Origin: Nibricoccus sp.
Lineage (GTDB): Bacteria; Verrucomicrobiota; Verrucomicrobiia; Opitutales; Opitutaceae
NCBI GenBank assembly: GCA_047602425.1
Contig: JASGHG010000001.1
Coordinates: 3,808,001 to 3,872,000 of the forward strand
DNA length: 64,000 bases
Direction of reading: 5' to 3'
Shown: positions 10,092-20,410 of the stretch, one piece after another
Numbering within the stretch: the first letter of the stretch is position 1
Layout of the letters: each line of letters starts with the position of its first letter
Notes under the pieces: model-generated
Database searches by the model: none
Seen by the model: the letters and a program-made list of their open reading frames with translations, nothing else
Told to the model about the DNA's origin: nothing
Position numbers and translations under genes: made by a program

Positions 10092-11072
10092 TCACGGGAA
10101 TAGATCCCCGGTGTTAAAGACTGCTTGCGCGAGGCCGGCTCGCGTGACGAGCAACGGCGTAGTATCGCCTGTATTGATTGAGCTGAGCGTTTTGGCCTGA
10201 GCGGCGAGAATTGTTTCTGCATCCTCCTTCTTTTCCAAGGCCGCCGGAAAAAATGCGGCAAGGCGTGCCGCAGCGGCATCGGGGCTCGCCAGCACATTTT
10301 CCTTTTCCATCAGGAGCACGCTCATTGTGGAGATAAACGCGTCGCGTCGGGTCAGTTCCCGTTGCGACAGCACTGAGGCCACAACAGCCAGGGTGAGCGC
10401 GCGGTTCCTGTCGTTGACTTTGAAATAGAGCGCCGGGCCAAGGTCGCGGTTTTTGAAATTTTCCTTCGTGAGTTTTTCGAGGAGGTCGATGCACGATGGA
10501 CAATCGAAGCTAAGAATAACGGCCGGACTGCGCGGATGGATTTTGCCGAGCCAGGGCAGGGCGCTTGCCTTGTCCGCGAGCGTGGCAAGTTGCGCGGGTT
10601 GCGCCGTACCGGATTGCGCTTGGTGATTGGCGTGGGTTCGGGCCAGCTGAAATCCGCCACCTGCCAGCGCCAGGGCAAGGACGGCCATCCAAACACGCGG
10701 CCGTTCATGGTGCAGAAATAGGGCGCCCCACGCGGCGACGGCGTGCAGCGTGCAGTACAGGCAAAAACCCCGCAGAACAAAAAATTGGATCACCATGAAA
10801 AACGCGGCTCCGCCCGCCAGCATCAGCAGGAATACATCGCGTTTGTCCTTGTTCGGAATAAAAATGACACCGAACCAGAGTAGCGCGGCATAAACGCCGA
10901 CAGGCACGTGGAGAATCGAGCCGAACTTGCTGTAGAGAATTGTCTGGCAATTTCCCGGGCCGACGCAGGGCAGGGCGAAAAATTTCAACAACGCGAGATA
11001 AACCGCCAGCGCGAGACCTAGGGTATAACAGATGGTTGCGAAGGTATGCTTGAGCGGGTGGGGCAGGGTCAT
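10092..11072 (-). CDS. Vitamin K epoxide reductase (VKOR) family protein with C-terminal thioredoxin-like CxxC
   Basis: PCVGPGNCQTILYSKF, FCLYC active site in TM region, second CPSC in soluble C-terminal part. Confidence 0.8.
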   Translation of the reverse strand: MTLPHPLKHTFATICYTLGLALAVYLALLKFFALPCVGPGNCQTILYSKFGSILHVPVGVYAALLWFGVIFIPNKDKRDVFLLMLAGGAAFFMVIQFFVLRGFCLYCTLHAVAAWGALFLHHERPRVWMAVLALALAGGGFQLARTHANHQAQSGTAQPAQLATLADKASALPWLGKIHPRSPAVILSFDCPSCIDLLEKLTKENFKNRDLGPALYFKVNDRNRALTLAVVASVLSQRELTRRDAFISTMSVLLMEKENVLASPDAAAARLAAFFPAALEKKEDAETILAAQAKTLSSINTGDTTPLLVTRAGLAQAVFNTGDLFP

Positions 11073-11193
11073 TGGCGTACGTGGGCAGTGTGCAGGGTTG
11101 CGCGTGGTGTTCAATCCCGGGGTTGCCGGAATGTGGCGATGCCCCCCGGTGGTTTAGATTGACGTGTTCGTTCGGCTCACTTCCACCTTTTGC

Positions 11194-11874
11194 ATGCTAC
11201 CGCTCTGGGACGATGCTCCGCGCCGCCGACCGGCTACTTTCACTGTGCTTCTCATCGCCGCCAATCTCGGTGTTTTTACGTACGAGGTCGTATTGGCCGC
11301 GCAGGGAGGCAACGCGCTGGCGACCTTTATGGGGGAAAACGCGCTCGTGCCAAAACGCTTGCTCGCCAGCCTCGACGACCTTGGGCAATGGCGCACGGTC
11401 TTGAGTTCGATGTTTCTTCACGGTGGCGTGGCGCACGTGTTGGGGAACTGCTGGTTCCTTTGGATCTTCGGGAAGAACGTGGAAGACCGACTCGGACCGG
11501 CGCGCTATCTATTATTCTACTTGTTGTCGGGCTTCGGAGCCGCGGCATTGCAGGTGGCGATGAGTGCACAGTCAACCGTCCCCATGGTTGGGGCGAGCGG
11601 GGCGATTTCCGGCGTGCTGGGCGGATATTTGGCGCTGTTTCCGACGGCATGGATTTTCACGCTGGTACCTTGGGTGGTGCCGATCGTGCCGCTGCCGGCA
11701 TTTGTGTTATTGCTCGTTTGGTTCGGTTTGCAGGCGCTCAATGGCGTGGGTTCTCTGGTTGATGAAACTTCGGTTCGTGGCGGCGTGGCCTGGTGGGCCC
11801 ACGCGGGCGGTTTTTTAACCGGGCTGGGGCTTATGCTCTGGTTGAAAAGCCAGCGTTGGCTCCGCAAGCGTTGA
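11194..11874 (+). CDS. Rhomboid family intramembrane serine protease
   Basis: SMFLHGGVAHVLGN, VGASGAISG, VAWWAHAGGF. Confidence 0.93.
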   Translation: MLPLWDDAPRRRPATFTVLLIAANLGVFTYEVVLAAQGGNALATFMGENALVPKRLLASLDDLGQWRTVLSSMFLHGGVAHVLGNCWFLWIFGKNVEDRLGPARYLLFYLLSGFGAAALQVAMSAQSTVPMVGASGAISGVLGGYLALFPTAWIFTLVPWVVPIVPLPAFVLLLVWFGLQALNGVGSLVDETSVRGGVAWWAHAGGFLTGLGLMLWLKSQRWLRKR

Positions 11875-11974
11875 GATTTTAGGTCTAATAGCTGTTTCTT
11901 GCCTTGATGGGGTGCAGTGGTTTGCGCAAAAAATGAAACCAACCGCCAAAACCGTGGTCCATCTGCCTCCTCAA

Positions 11975-12370
11975 ATGAAAATCTCCAAGCTCATCTCCTG
12001 CCGCACTCTGCTCGCGTCTTTTCTCGCCCTCGCGGGCCTTCAATCCGGTTGCTCGACCGTCGTCGACACCACCACGCCCGGCGCCGTCATTTATGTGCGC
12101 GGCGAGTTGCAGGCCAATTTTGACCGCCGCTTCGACGTGGTCTCCCGGACGGCCAATAAGGCCCTCACCGAGCTCCAATTTTCCAAGATCGAGGAGAAGA
12201 AAGACGCACTCGTCGCGATCCTTGAGGTCCGCACCGCCGAGGACGTTCGTATTTACGTCAAAGTCGAAAAACAATCCGAGTCGCTCACCAGCGTCCGCAT
12301 TCGCGCCGGCACCCTCGGCAACGAAAAACTTTCGTACGCCATCTTCAACAAGATCAAAGAGCTCCTGTGA
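11975..12370 (+). CDS. DUF3568-like lipoprotein
   Basis: Signal peptide with lipobox-like SGC; YVRGEL...TSVRIRAGTLGNEKLS. Confidence 0.6.
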   Translation: MKISKLISCRTLLASFLALAGLQSGCSTVVDTTTPGAVIYVRGELQANFDRRFDVVSRTANKALTELQFSKIEEKKDALVAILEVRTAEDVRIYVKVEKQSESLTSVRIRAGTLGNEKLSYAIFNKIKELL

Positions 12371-12405
12371 GCCGAACGATGCCTTTGAGGTAGAGCGCAT
12401 TGACC

Positions 12406-12736
12406 TGGCAGTCCGCCATAATTCGCTGACAAGTTCCGCCAGAGTTTCGCTCACACTTTCCGAAGTCCGAGTCCTTCCCATGGGAAGCGGGGAGGCAGGG
12501 AGGGGCGCAGCCCCTCCCTCTCCGAACCTAGTGCGATGACAAGTGCTGGGAGGCAATGCTCACCAAAACGAGTCGGTGGAAGTAAACGTGGTAACCGCCG
12601 GCCGTACGTTTGCATCCTACTGACGTTTGCCGGCTAAGTGAATATCACCATTGAGCCGAACCGTTCGCACCAGCCAACCGTTTGGATAGACCGGCACCAG
12701 CAGCGGCGGCAATGGGCTGGGTTGTGGCCGGTAGCG
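12406..12736 (-). pseudogene. 3' remnant of an IS481-family element (transposase C-terminus and end region)
   Basis: Minus strand reads RYRPQPSPLPPLLVPVYPNGWLVRTVRLNGDIHLAG*, then in another frame VGCKRTAGGYHVYFHRLVL. This resembles the C-terminus of the intact IS481 transposase in this window. Tandem tgtgagcga/tgtcagcga subterminal boxes follow. Confidence 0.55.
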
Positions 12737-13610
12737 TGAGCTTGCCCCGAAAAAGTGGACAGGAGGTTGGGCGATATGGTTGAGGGGTTAATTGATTTGG
12801 TTTTCGAAGTCGACAGGAGAGATGAAGCCGAGGGCAGAATGGCGGCGTTCTCGGTTATAAAAATGGATACAATCGAAGATCGCTACGCGGGCTTGCTGGT
12901 GGGTGGCGAAGCGTTGGCGATAGACGCATTCGGTTTTGAGCGTGCCCCAGCCTGATTCCATCATGGCGTTGTCGTAGCAGTTGCCGCGGCGGCTCATGCT
13001 TTGAAGTACACCAGCCTGGGTTAAAGCGCTTCGATACGTTTGGCTGGCGTACGCCGCGGTCGGAGTGCAACAGCAAGCCGGGTTTGGGGTGGCGTTGGGC
13101 ATAAGCGTGGCGCCAGGCATCGAGCACAAGTTGAGTGTCGATTTTCTCGCTCATGGCCCAGCCAACCAGGCGGCGGCTGCAATAATCTTTGATCGCGGCC
13201 AGGTACAGCCAGCCTTCGTCGGTTGGGATGTAGGTGATGTCGCTGACCCAGGTTTGAGTGGCCGGTTTGGCTTCTTTGAGGCGGTTGGGGGCGATCGGCT
13301 CGTCGTGATCGCTTTGGGTGGTTTTCACACGGCGGCGTCTGGGTCCGCAGCCGCGAAGGCCGGCTTTACGCATGAGCCTGGCGATGCGTTTGCGGCTGGT
13401 GTTTTCTTTTCGCTGGCGCAGGGCCTGGTGCAGGCGGGGTACCCAGTAGGTGCCGCGGCTTTGGCGAAACTCGGCTTGGATTAGGCCGAGTAGTTCGGCA
13501 TCGCGGCGGGCGCGCGGGCTGGACTGCTCTCGCCGGATTTGCCAGCGGTAATAGCCGCTGCGGGACACCTCAAAGCTCTCGCAGAGTACTTTGGCGGCAG
13601 GGCTGCGTGT
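12737..13610 (-). mobile_element. Truncated, frameshifted IS3-family element (orfB only)
   Basis: End TGAGCTTGCCCCGAAAAAGTGGACA at 12737 resembles an IS3 terminal IR. OrfB motifs VSRSGYY, WVSDITYIPT, LLHSDRG, MSRRGNCYDNA, FYNRERRHSALG are split over ORFs 12855-13568 and 12788-13129. orfA and the other end were not found; the 13610 boundary is approximate. Confidence 0.85.
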
Positions 13611-13710
13611 ATCGCGATATCACCTCACGCGAGCGGACGAGCTGGGACGTGGGATCCTCTTGTCTTCCCGCTTGCGCCGCCCGGCCTAAATCGCGTCTGC
13701 TCACGACCTG

Positions 13711-14307
13711 TTGAAAAACGGTTCACCAACTCCCGCCCTGATTCTTGCCTCCGCGTCGCCGCGTCGGAAACAGCTGCTTTCCGAACTTGGCCTCAAGTTC
13801 GACATCGTGGTTGCGCAAATCACGGAGCACGAGGATCCCGACACCGACCCGCGTCACATGGTCACGCATAACGCTGCGCTCAAGGCCGACTGGGTGGCCG
13901 TGCGTCACCCCGACGCGTGGGTATTGGGGGCCGACACGACGGTTTTCATCGATAATCAAGTACTCAACAAGCCCGCCGATCTCGTCGAGGCGCGAGCCAT
14001 GTTGAAACGACTTTCCGGCCGCACGCACACGGTTTTTACCGGCGTCGCGGTGCGCCATAAACATCGCGGCGTCGCCATCGATCACGGCGTCACGAGCGAG
14101 GTAACGTTTAAGGCTTTCGACGACGCCGTGGTGGACGCCTATTTTCGCGTGGTCAACCCGCTCGACAAGGCCGGCGCCTACGGGATTCAGGAAGGCCGGG
14201 AGCTGATCATCGCCGGCTGGGAAGGCTCGTTTACGAATATTATGGGCCTCCCGATGGAAGCGACGAAACAAATTTTGTCTGATTGCGGTCTCCTAGGCTC
14301 ACCCTAA
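13711..14307 (+). CDS. maf: Maf family nucleotide pyrophosphatase
   Basis: LILASASPRR, LGADTTV, KP, LSGRTH, DKAGAYGIQ, NIMGLP. Confidence 0.93.
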   Translation: MKNGSPTPALILASASPRRKQLLSELGLKFDIVVAQITEHEDPDTDPRHMVTHNAALKADWVAVRHPDAWVLGADTTVFIDNQVLNKPADLVEARAMLKRLSGRTHTVFTGVAVRHKHRGVAIDHGVTSEVTFKAFDDAVVDAYFRVVNPLDKAGAYGIQEGRELIIAGWEGSFTNIMGLPMEATKQILSDCGLLGSP

Positions 14308-14324
14308 AGTCCAGCACGCCATTC

Positions 14325-15479
14325 ATGAGCCAGATTTCCGGCCCGACACCGCTTAAAAAAACGCCACGCACTCGCAATGTGAAGTGGTCACCCGGACGCG
14401 ACGAATTTGATCCGCGCTCTGTGATCTTTGGCGTGCTGCTCGCGGCCCTAATCTGGCCGACACTCCTGCTTCTGCTTTGGCTGGCCACGCGTCATCTTGG
14501 CAACGAAACCATCGATCCCTCACTGAAAGTCGCCCGCGCTAAGCCCAAGTTCGAGGTCAGCGTGGTTGATGATTTTATAATGCCGAGCAAGCCGCAGAAA
14601 CCGCCGCTGCAATTTGTCGAAACCAATCCTGAGGCTCCGGAAAATATTCCTGACAAAACCAATAACTTCGGCGCGCGAAATACGCAGGCTTCCCAGGAAA
14701 AGCCAAATCCCGACGCCAACGGGGATCGTGCTGCGACCGAGGGAAAGAAAGATTTTCAGAGCAACCAAGTGGTGAATGGCGAACTGCAACCTCCGCGTGA
14801 GGCTCCGCCCCCCGAACCACCGCCTACACCCGAAATCGCCGCTGCCCTCGAGAAGGCTAGCGCGGCCAACAAAGCCGAAAATCCGCTACCCGGTGTGGAA
14901 AAAATGGAAGGGCTGAATCCAAACGGCTTTGGCATGAACAAGGCCGAAAATTCCGATAACGTCACCAAGTCAGACCAAAAAGTAGAAGGCGTGAAGGATG
15001 CTCCATTAACCGTTGGCCAGATGTCGCCCTCGCAGCCGCGTATTGATCCTCGCAAACCGCAACCACGATTGCGCCTCGACAAGCCAAACACCCGCCCCGC
15101 CATTTTTCAGGAGAATAAACTGGGAAGCAGAAACAACGGCCCCGCCTCATTTGACAGCCGTTGGAGTGACTACGGCGCCTATCTCTCGCGCATGAGCGAA
15201 GCTGTCCAGATGCAATGGGAGCACATGCTTTTTCAAAGTGGTATCAAGCCACCAAATGGTTCGGTGGTGGTGGTCAAGTTCCGGATGGATAAGACAGGCG
15301 CAATTGCGGAAATAATCGAAACCCCCGCGACCAACACGGGGGGAACGCAGTATCAAAGCATCTGCGTGACCGCGATGACTTCGCGCGCGCCTTACGGCGT
15401 TTGGACGGATGATATGGTTGCGATACTTGGCGATTCGCAAGTTATGACGTGGACGTTCTATTATGGGGATCCCCCGTGA
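14325..15479 (+). CDS. Membrane-anchored Pro-rich protein with TonB/TolA-like C-terminal domain
   Basis: Single N-terminal TM, Pro/Lys/Glu-rich spacer, C-terminal YLSRMSEAVQMQW...VVVKFRMDKTG...APY. Confidence 0.55.
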   Translation: MSQISGPTPLKKTPRTRNVKWSPGRDEFDPRSVIFGVLLAALIWPTLLLLLWLATRHLGNETIDPSLKVARAKPKFEVSVVDDFIMPSKPQKPPLQFVETNPEAPENIPDKTNNFGARNTQASQEKPNPDANGDRAATEGKKDFQSNQVVNGELQPPREAPPPEPPPTPEIAAALEKASAANKAENPLPGVEKMEGLNPNGFGMNKAENSDNVTKSDQKVEGVKDAPLTVGQMSPSQPRIDPRKPQPRLRLDKPNTRPAIFQENKLGSRNNGPASFDSRWSDYGAYLSRMSEAVQMQWEHMLFQSGIKPPNGSVVVVKFRMDKTGAIAEIIETPATNTGGTQYQSICVTAMTSRAPYGVWTDDMVAILGDSQVMTWTFYYGDPP

Positions 15480-16237
15480 CCGCTTCCGCGGACAACTTCT
15501 GGTCAACGCTTCCGCTTGGCCGTGACGTCGCCCTCGTGAAGCATGACGTCAACGGACTCGCCGCCTTCAACAAACCCGCGGGCAAACTCTCGCAACCCAA
15601 CAGCGCACGCGACGAAGAGCGCGCATTGCTGACGGCGCATTACGACGCCAACGGCGAATTTTATTTCTGGCCCGCCAGCGCCGAACGATCTGCCGGTAGA
15701 CTCTGGTTGTTGAACCGGCTCGACTCCGCCACGTCGGGATTGATCCTCGTCGCCAGCACCGAAAAACTCGCGAACGAAATCCGCGCCCTTTTCCAGAAAC
15801 GCGCCGTGAAAAAGGTCTACAACGCCCTCGTCTTCGGCCAGCCGCACATCGCGCGCGAAATCTGGCGCGATCGACTCGCGGTGGAAAAACGTGCCGGACA
15901 AATCCGCACCACGACGGGTGGCAACATTCCCTCGGAGGCGCACATGCGCGTGCTCCGTCAGCGCAAAGTCGGAACGCCGCTCGCCCTGATCGAATTGGAA
16001 CCCAAAACCGGTCGCTCCCACCAATTGCGCGTGCAATGCGCGCATCGCCACCTGCCGATCGTCGGCGACGCAACTTACGGCGATTTTCGCGCCAACCGCG
16101 AATTCGCCAAGGCCACGGGTGAAAAACGCCTTTTTCTCCATTCGCTCACGACAACGTTCGAATACACCTTTGGCGGGAAAACGAATTCGTTTTCCGCGAC
16201 CGCGCCATTGCCGGACGAGTTCACGGCGCTGATGTGA
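15476..16237 (+). CDS. RluA-family RNA pseudouridine synthase
   Basis: NKPAG, NRLDSATSGL, KVYNALV, TGRSHQLRV, PIVGDATYG, RLFLHS; GTG start overlaps the upstream stop. Confidence 0.92.
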   Translation: MTASADNFWSTLPLGRDVALVKHDVNGLAAFNKPAGKLSQPNSARDEERALLTAHYDANGEFYFWPASAERSAGRLWLLNRLDSATSGLILVASTEKLANEIRALFQKRAVKKVYNALVFGQPHIAREIWRDRLAVEKRAGQIRTTTGGNIPSEAHMRVLRQRKVGTPLALIELEPKTGRSHQLRVQCAHRHLPIVGDATYGDFRANREFAKATGEKRLFLHSLTTTFEYTFGGKTNSFSATAPLPDEFTALM

Positions 16238-16697
16238 CCGAGGCTTTCTCCATCGCGAGCATTTCGTCGAGGTAACCTTCGTCGGCCGCGAGCAGTAGAA
16301 AAATACTATCCAGCCGGCTGTCGTCGGGACCTTTATAGACGTTTTTCTTGGCGAAAGCTAAAATTCGTTCGCCGGGAAATCCGGGCCGGCCGATTTGCGG
16401 CGCAACCTGATTCCACGAGGCGATTTTTTCGGAAACGTCTGCACTGCGGCCTAGAAACCACGACGCGACTTTCTCGTCGTCGCCATTCGAACTTTGCACC
16501 GCCTGAATAATTTCATCTTTGGTCAGTTCGAAGTGCTTGAAAAAAACACCGTCTGTCGCGAGGGGATGGCAGAACGGCATGTGAAAACTGGCGTCAAGTT
16601 CCCCGGCGAGATGAAGACGGATTTTTTTGGTTAACCGCGCAAGCCACATGCAGCCCGCGAGCTTATTGGTCGGGCGGCGCTTGGGGATTTGGGCCAT
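16221..16697 (-). CDS. DUF5069-like protein
   Basis: LAGCMWLARLTKKIRLHLAGEL...DGVFFKHF...ADEG resembles DUF5069. Confidence 0.6.
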   Translation of the reverse strand: MAQIPKRRPTNKLAGCMWLARLTKKIRLHLAGELDASFHMPFCHPLATDGVFFKHFELTKDEIIQAVQSSNGDDEKVASWFLGRSADVSEKIASWNQVAPQIGRPGFPGERILAFAKKNVYKGPDDSRLDSIFLLLAADEGYLDEMLAMEKASVTSAP

Positions 16698-16718
16698 GTG
16701 CGTTGCGTAAGCGGTCAG

Positions 16719-17006
16719 TCAGGCGCGAGCATTGCGAACGCGTTCCTTTTCGTCCTCGCGTTCTTCCTCCAGGCGCGCGCGCTCGCTGGCGAGCTGTTTC
16801 GAAATTTTGTCCGACTCCTCGTATTTCCCGTCGGCGAGCGCTTCGTTGAGCTGCTTTTTCAGGAAGATTTCGCGCTCGGCGATCTTGCCTTTGTAGAGAA
16901 GGTCAATTTCGGCGAGACGGGCTTTCTGCTCCGCCGAAAGCGGTTTGCCGGAATCCGGGTCGGATTTGGCGAGACGTTCCATCGCGAGTTCGTAGGCACT
17001 TTTCAT
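16719..17006 (-). CDS. Conserved small coiled-coil hypothetical protein
   Basis: MKSAYELAMERL N-terminus; charged helical sequence. Confidence 0.75.
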   Translation of the reverse strand: MKSAYELAMERLAKSDPDSGKPLSAEQKARLAEIDLLYKGKIAEREIFLKKQLNEALADGKYEESDKISKQLASERARLEEEREDEKERVRNARA

Positions 17007-17094
17007 GTACCGCCAACCCTGCGCAATCGCTTTCAAAATACAAGCCCGCCCCTAAACCGCAGACCGGTCCTTGATCCCTTTTTTATATTGTAAA

Positions 17095-17186
17095 AAAGTG
17101 TCACGTAATACGTGACACTTTGGCTATTTTACTTAGGTAATACAATGGTTTTTTTCCTACGGAAGAGTGTCACGTAATACGTGACA
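17095..17186. repeat. Two copies of palindrome TGTCACGTAATACGTGACA (REP-like)
   Basis: 17095-17121 aaagtgtcacgtaatacgtgacacttt and 17168-17186 tgtcacgtaatacgtgaca. Confidence 0.85.
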
Positions 17187-17200
17187 GTGCGCTGGGCTAC

Positions 17201-18904
17201 TCAGCTGTATTTTATCGCGAAAATCAGGGCGAGAGCGGTAACGACGAAGGGAGGCCAGATGCCGCCACGTTTATTTTCCCAGCGCGTGCCGTAGCCCCAA
17301 AGGAGTGTTGCAAGCAAAACGCCAAAGATGACGAAGCCCGACCAACCCCTGGAAAACTGCGCGGTTCGGAACATCCCGGGAACCTTCAAGAAATAGTCGA
17401 TGCCACGTTCGCAACCGAGCAAAACAAGCGCCGAGGCATGGTTGAAGAGCGAACAAAGCGTGGTGAGTCCGGCGAGTCCGCAGAGCATCGAGATAAAGCC
17501 ACTGAGTATCACCAAAGAACCAACGGGAATAAGCACGAGGTTCGCCAGCAGCGAACCCGGTGTGAAGAGACCGAAATAGATCACGCCGCTGATCGTGCTG
17601 ACGAGCGCGGTTGAAATGCCGATGGCCAACACATTGAGCGACCAGCGCTGGACAACATCGAGCATGCGTTGCCACCACGACCAAGTGGCCTTGGGCAGGA
17701 AGCGGAAGAGTTGCCAGCGGTCACACCAAAATTCGCCGAGCGGTAAACCGAGCAGCAGCAGCGCGGCAACGATGCCGTAGGACATTTGAAAGCTCGCGGT
17801 GAACAGTTGCATTGGATCGACCACCAGGGCGCCCAAGGCCGCGAAACTGAGCGCCGCGATCGGATTAATTGGCAAGCGAAGGACAAACGATGCCTGCAAC
17901 AGCACGACCATCAGGTAGGCGCGCACGGCCGAGGGCGCAGTGCCGGTGATATCGACATAAAACCAAAGCAGAACCGCCGAGAGGACGAAACGGGCAACGC
18001 GCGGCAGGCGAAAAAGCCCGAGAAGTCCATCGAGCGCGAGGGCAATCACGGCGATGTGCAGGCCGCTGATGGAAAATAAATGCATCGTTCCGCTGCGCAT
18101 GAACCATTGGTTTTGTTCTTCGGTTAATTCCTGCTGGAGGCCGAGCAACATCGCGCGGGAAATGGCCGCGAGATCCGGATGTTTTCCCAAGCCGATGCTC
18201 AGGAACGATGAGAGGCGTTCGCGAGCGTTGTCACAGAATTTCCGATACGCCGTGGGTGGCGCGGTTTGGGCGAGCACGCGGCCGCGGTTGAGACGGAAAT
18301 TGAGCCCTTGATTGACGAGATAACCTTCAAAAGACCCAGCCGAAGCCTGACGCGGCAACGTTTGCAAAATGCCGACGACAGAAATTTCCGAGGAACGAAT
18401 TGGAACGATTTCACCCGCACGGCGCGCGAGGGAAAAATACAGGCGCTGACCCACAAGATCATTGAGGTGCGCGTCGGCTTGGATGATTTGGGCTAGACCG
18501 GAAACGCGTTTGCCATCGGCCGAGGGCGTGAAGGTGCGTTCGACGCGCAGCGTGAGTTTTGCCTCGCGCATCGGCAGTGCGTCCCAAGCAGAAAGGCGAT
18601 GGCGTCGGACCTCGTAATAGCCGGCTCCGGCGAGTAACAACCCGAGGATCAATCCCACGCCCCACACGAGCGGCCGCCTCGAAAAAATCAGCGTGACGCC
18701 GAGCAGCAACGCAGCGGTGGCTAACAACCAAATCGGCGCGGGCACGCCGACAGCAACGTGTCCGATCACGAGTCCACCGATGAAGGGTAGCAGCAGCCAC
18801 AGCACGGGCGCGCGATGACGCAAGCAGCGCGGCAACTGAGTCGAAAGCTGGCGCCCTCGGACTGCGGATTCGGGCGTCAGATCGGTATTGAATGAGCTTT
18901 CCAT
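17201..18904 (-). CDS. comEC: ComEC/Rec2 family competence membrane protein (no C-terminal metallo-beta-lactamase domain)
   Basis: SGTMHLFSISGLHIA, PSAVRA, DPMQLFTASFQMSY; many TM segments. Confidence 0.9.
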   Translation of the reverse strand: MESSFNTDLTPESAVRGRQLSTQLPRCLRHRAPVLWLLLPFIGGLVIGHVAVGVPAPIWLLATAALLLGVTLIFSRRPLVWGVGLILGLLLAGAGYYEVRRHRLSAWDALPMREAKLTLRVERTFTPSADGKRVSGLAQIIQADAHLNDLVGQRLYFSLARRAGEIVPIRSSEISVVGILQTLPRQASAGSFEGYLVNQGLNFRLNRGRVLAQTAPPTAYRKFCDNARERLSSFLSIGLGKHPDLAAISRAMLLGLQQELTEEQNQWFMRSGTMHLFSISGLHIAVIALALDGLLGLFRLPRVARFVLSAVLLWFYVDITGTAPSAVRAYLMVVLLQASFVLRLPINPIAALSFAALGALVVDPMQLFTASFQMSYGIVAALLLLGLPLGEFWCDRWQLFRFLPKATWSWWQRMLDVVQRWSLNVLAIGISTALVSTISGVIYFGLFTPGSLLANLVLIPVGSLVILSGFISMLCGLAGLTTLCSLFNHASALVLLGCERGIDYFLKVPGMFRTAQFSRGWSGFVIFGVLLATLLWGYGTRWENKRGGIWPPFVVTALALIFAIKYS

Positions 18905-18937
18905 TGCGGACGTTTGGCGAAAATGTGCGGGGTCCAA

Positions 18938-20335
18938 ATGCCTCCCTCCGAACAACCAGATCTCTTTGGGGAATCAGACACCGAACCAACGTTGATGAAC
19001 GAAACGTCGGTCGGCAAGCCTGCGTCGGCGTCGGACTCGGTTCGCCGCGAACGCCAGCCCCTGGCTGCGCGCATGCGTCCGATGGCATTGAACGAAATTG
19101 TGGGCCAGGAGCATCTGACGGCGCCGGGCTCCCTGTTGCCCCGACTTATCACGAGCAATCGGTTCGGCAGCTTGATTTTCTACGGACCGCCCGGCTGCGG
19201 AAAAACCAGTTTCGCCGAGGTCATCGCGCGCGAAACCAAAAGCCGTTTTGTGCGAATCAATGCTGTGATGTCGAATGTGGCCGAGTTGCGCGAAATCCTC
19301 GCGACCGCGCGGCGTAGAACGGACGCGCCGACCCTGTTGTTCATCGACGAGCTTCATCGTTTCAATAAATCGCAACAGGACCTGTTGCTGCCCGATGTCG
19401 AGGAAGGCAACGTGCGCCTCATCGGCGCCACCACGCACAATCCGGGCTTCTACGTGAATCCGCCGTTGCTCAGCCGCAGTCACCTTTTTCGCTTGGAGCC
19501 GCTCTCCACCGCCGCGGTGGCCGGTGTGCTCAAACGCGCACTAGCGGACGTCGAGCGAGGCTTGGGCGGACGAGGTTGTTCGGCGAGCGACGCGGTGTTG
19601 AACGATCTTGCCGTGCTTTGCGATGGCGACCTGCGCCGTGCGCTTAATGCACTCGAAGTGCTGGTCCTCAGCCTCCCGGAAAAAGCAGAGATCACTTCGA
19701 CGGAATTGGAGGCATTCGCGCGGGAACGGCGAATCCGTTACGATGCCGACGAGGACGAACACTACGATACGATTTCGGCCTTCATCAAAAGCTGTCGCGG
19801 CAGCGATCCGGATGCCGCTATGTACTGGTTGGCCAAGATGCTTGCGGGGGGAGAGGATCCGCGTTTCATCGCGCGGCGGCTCGTCATTCTTGCATCGGAG
19901 GATGTGGGTTTGGCTGACATGTTGGCGTTGCCAACGGCGATCGCGGCTCATCAAGCGTGCGATTTTGTCGGTTTGCCGGAATGCGAATATGCGCTGGCGC
20001 ATGCCACGCTTTACATTGCCCTCGCGCCGAAAAGCAACTCGGCGAATCTGGCATTGCACGCGGCGAAGGACGCAATCGCTAACCAACCCGTACAGGCAGT
20101 GCCGCTGGCGTTGCGCGACAAAGGCGGGCAGGCGAGCAAACGCGCCGGCCACGGTAAGGGTTATCGTTATTCGCACGATTATCCCGAGAATATTTCCGGC
20201 CAGAACTACCTCGAAAAACCGCTCACGCTCTACACGCCCAAAGCAATCGGCTCAGAAGCGAAAATCGCAGAACGTCTGGCCCGCTGGCAGGAATTGAAAA
20301 CGCAAATTCAGCGAGACCAGCGGAAGGGGAAGTAA
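18938..20335 (+). CDS. rarA: Replication-associated recombination protein A (MgsA/RarA AAA+ ATPase)
   Basis: PLAARMRP, GPPGCGKT, LFIDELHRFNKSQQD, GATTHNP, HYDTISAFIKS, RGSDPDAA, ASEDVG. Confidence 0.95.
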   Translation: MPPSEQPDLFGESDTEPTLMNETSVGKPASASDSVRRERQPLAARMRPMALNEIVGQEHLTAPGSLLPRLITSNRFGSLIFYGPPGCGKTSFAEVIARETKSRFVRINAVMSNVAELREILATARRRTDAPTLLFIDELHRFNKSQQDLLLPDVEEGNVRLIGATTHNPGFYVNPPLLSRSHLFRLEPLSTAAVAGVLKRALADVERGLGGRGCSASDAVLNDLAVLCDGDLRRALNALEVLVLSLPEKAEITSTELEAFARERRIRYDADEDEHYDTISAFIKSCRGSDPDAAMYWLAKMLAGGEDPRFIARRLVILASEDVGLADMLALPTAIAAHQACDFVGLPECEYALAHATLYIALAPKSNSANLALHAAKDAIANQPVQAVPLALRDKGGQASKRAGHGKGYRYSHDYPENISGQNYLEKPLTLYTPKAIGSEAKIAERLARWQELKTQIQRDQRKGK

Positions 20336-20410
20336 CCCTTCGGGATGCTTTCTAGAGTAGTACTAGGCCAATAAAAAGGAACAATTAGGCATATCGTCCC
20401 TCGCATAAAA

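Noticed and set aside
11194..11874. Rhombosortase assignment
   Set aside because: Motifs fit an ordinary rhomboid; the subfamily cannot be assigned by eye
13040..13070. Programmed frameshift in the IS3 element
   Set aside because: The shift lies inside the catalytic HSDRG-x-QY motif, not at the orfA/orfB junction, so it is an inactivating deletion
18924..18930. TGTGCGG upstream of rarA as a fourth ECF promoter
   Set aside because: No GCGG at the 12-nt spacing and too close to the start codon
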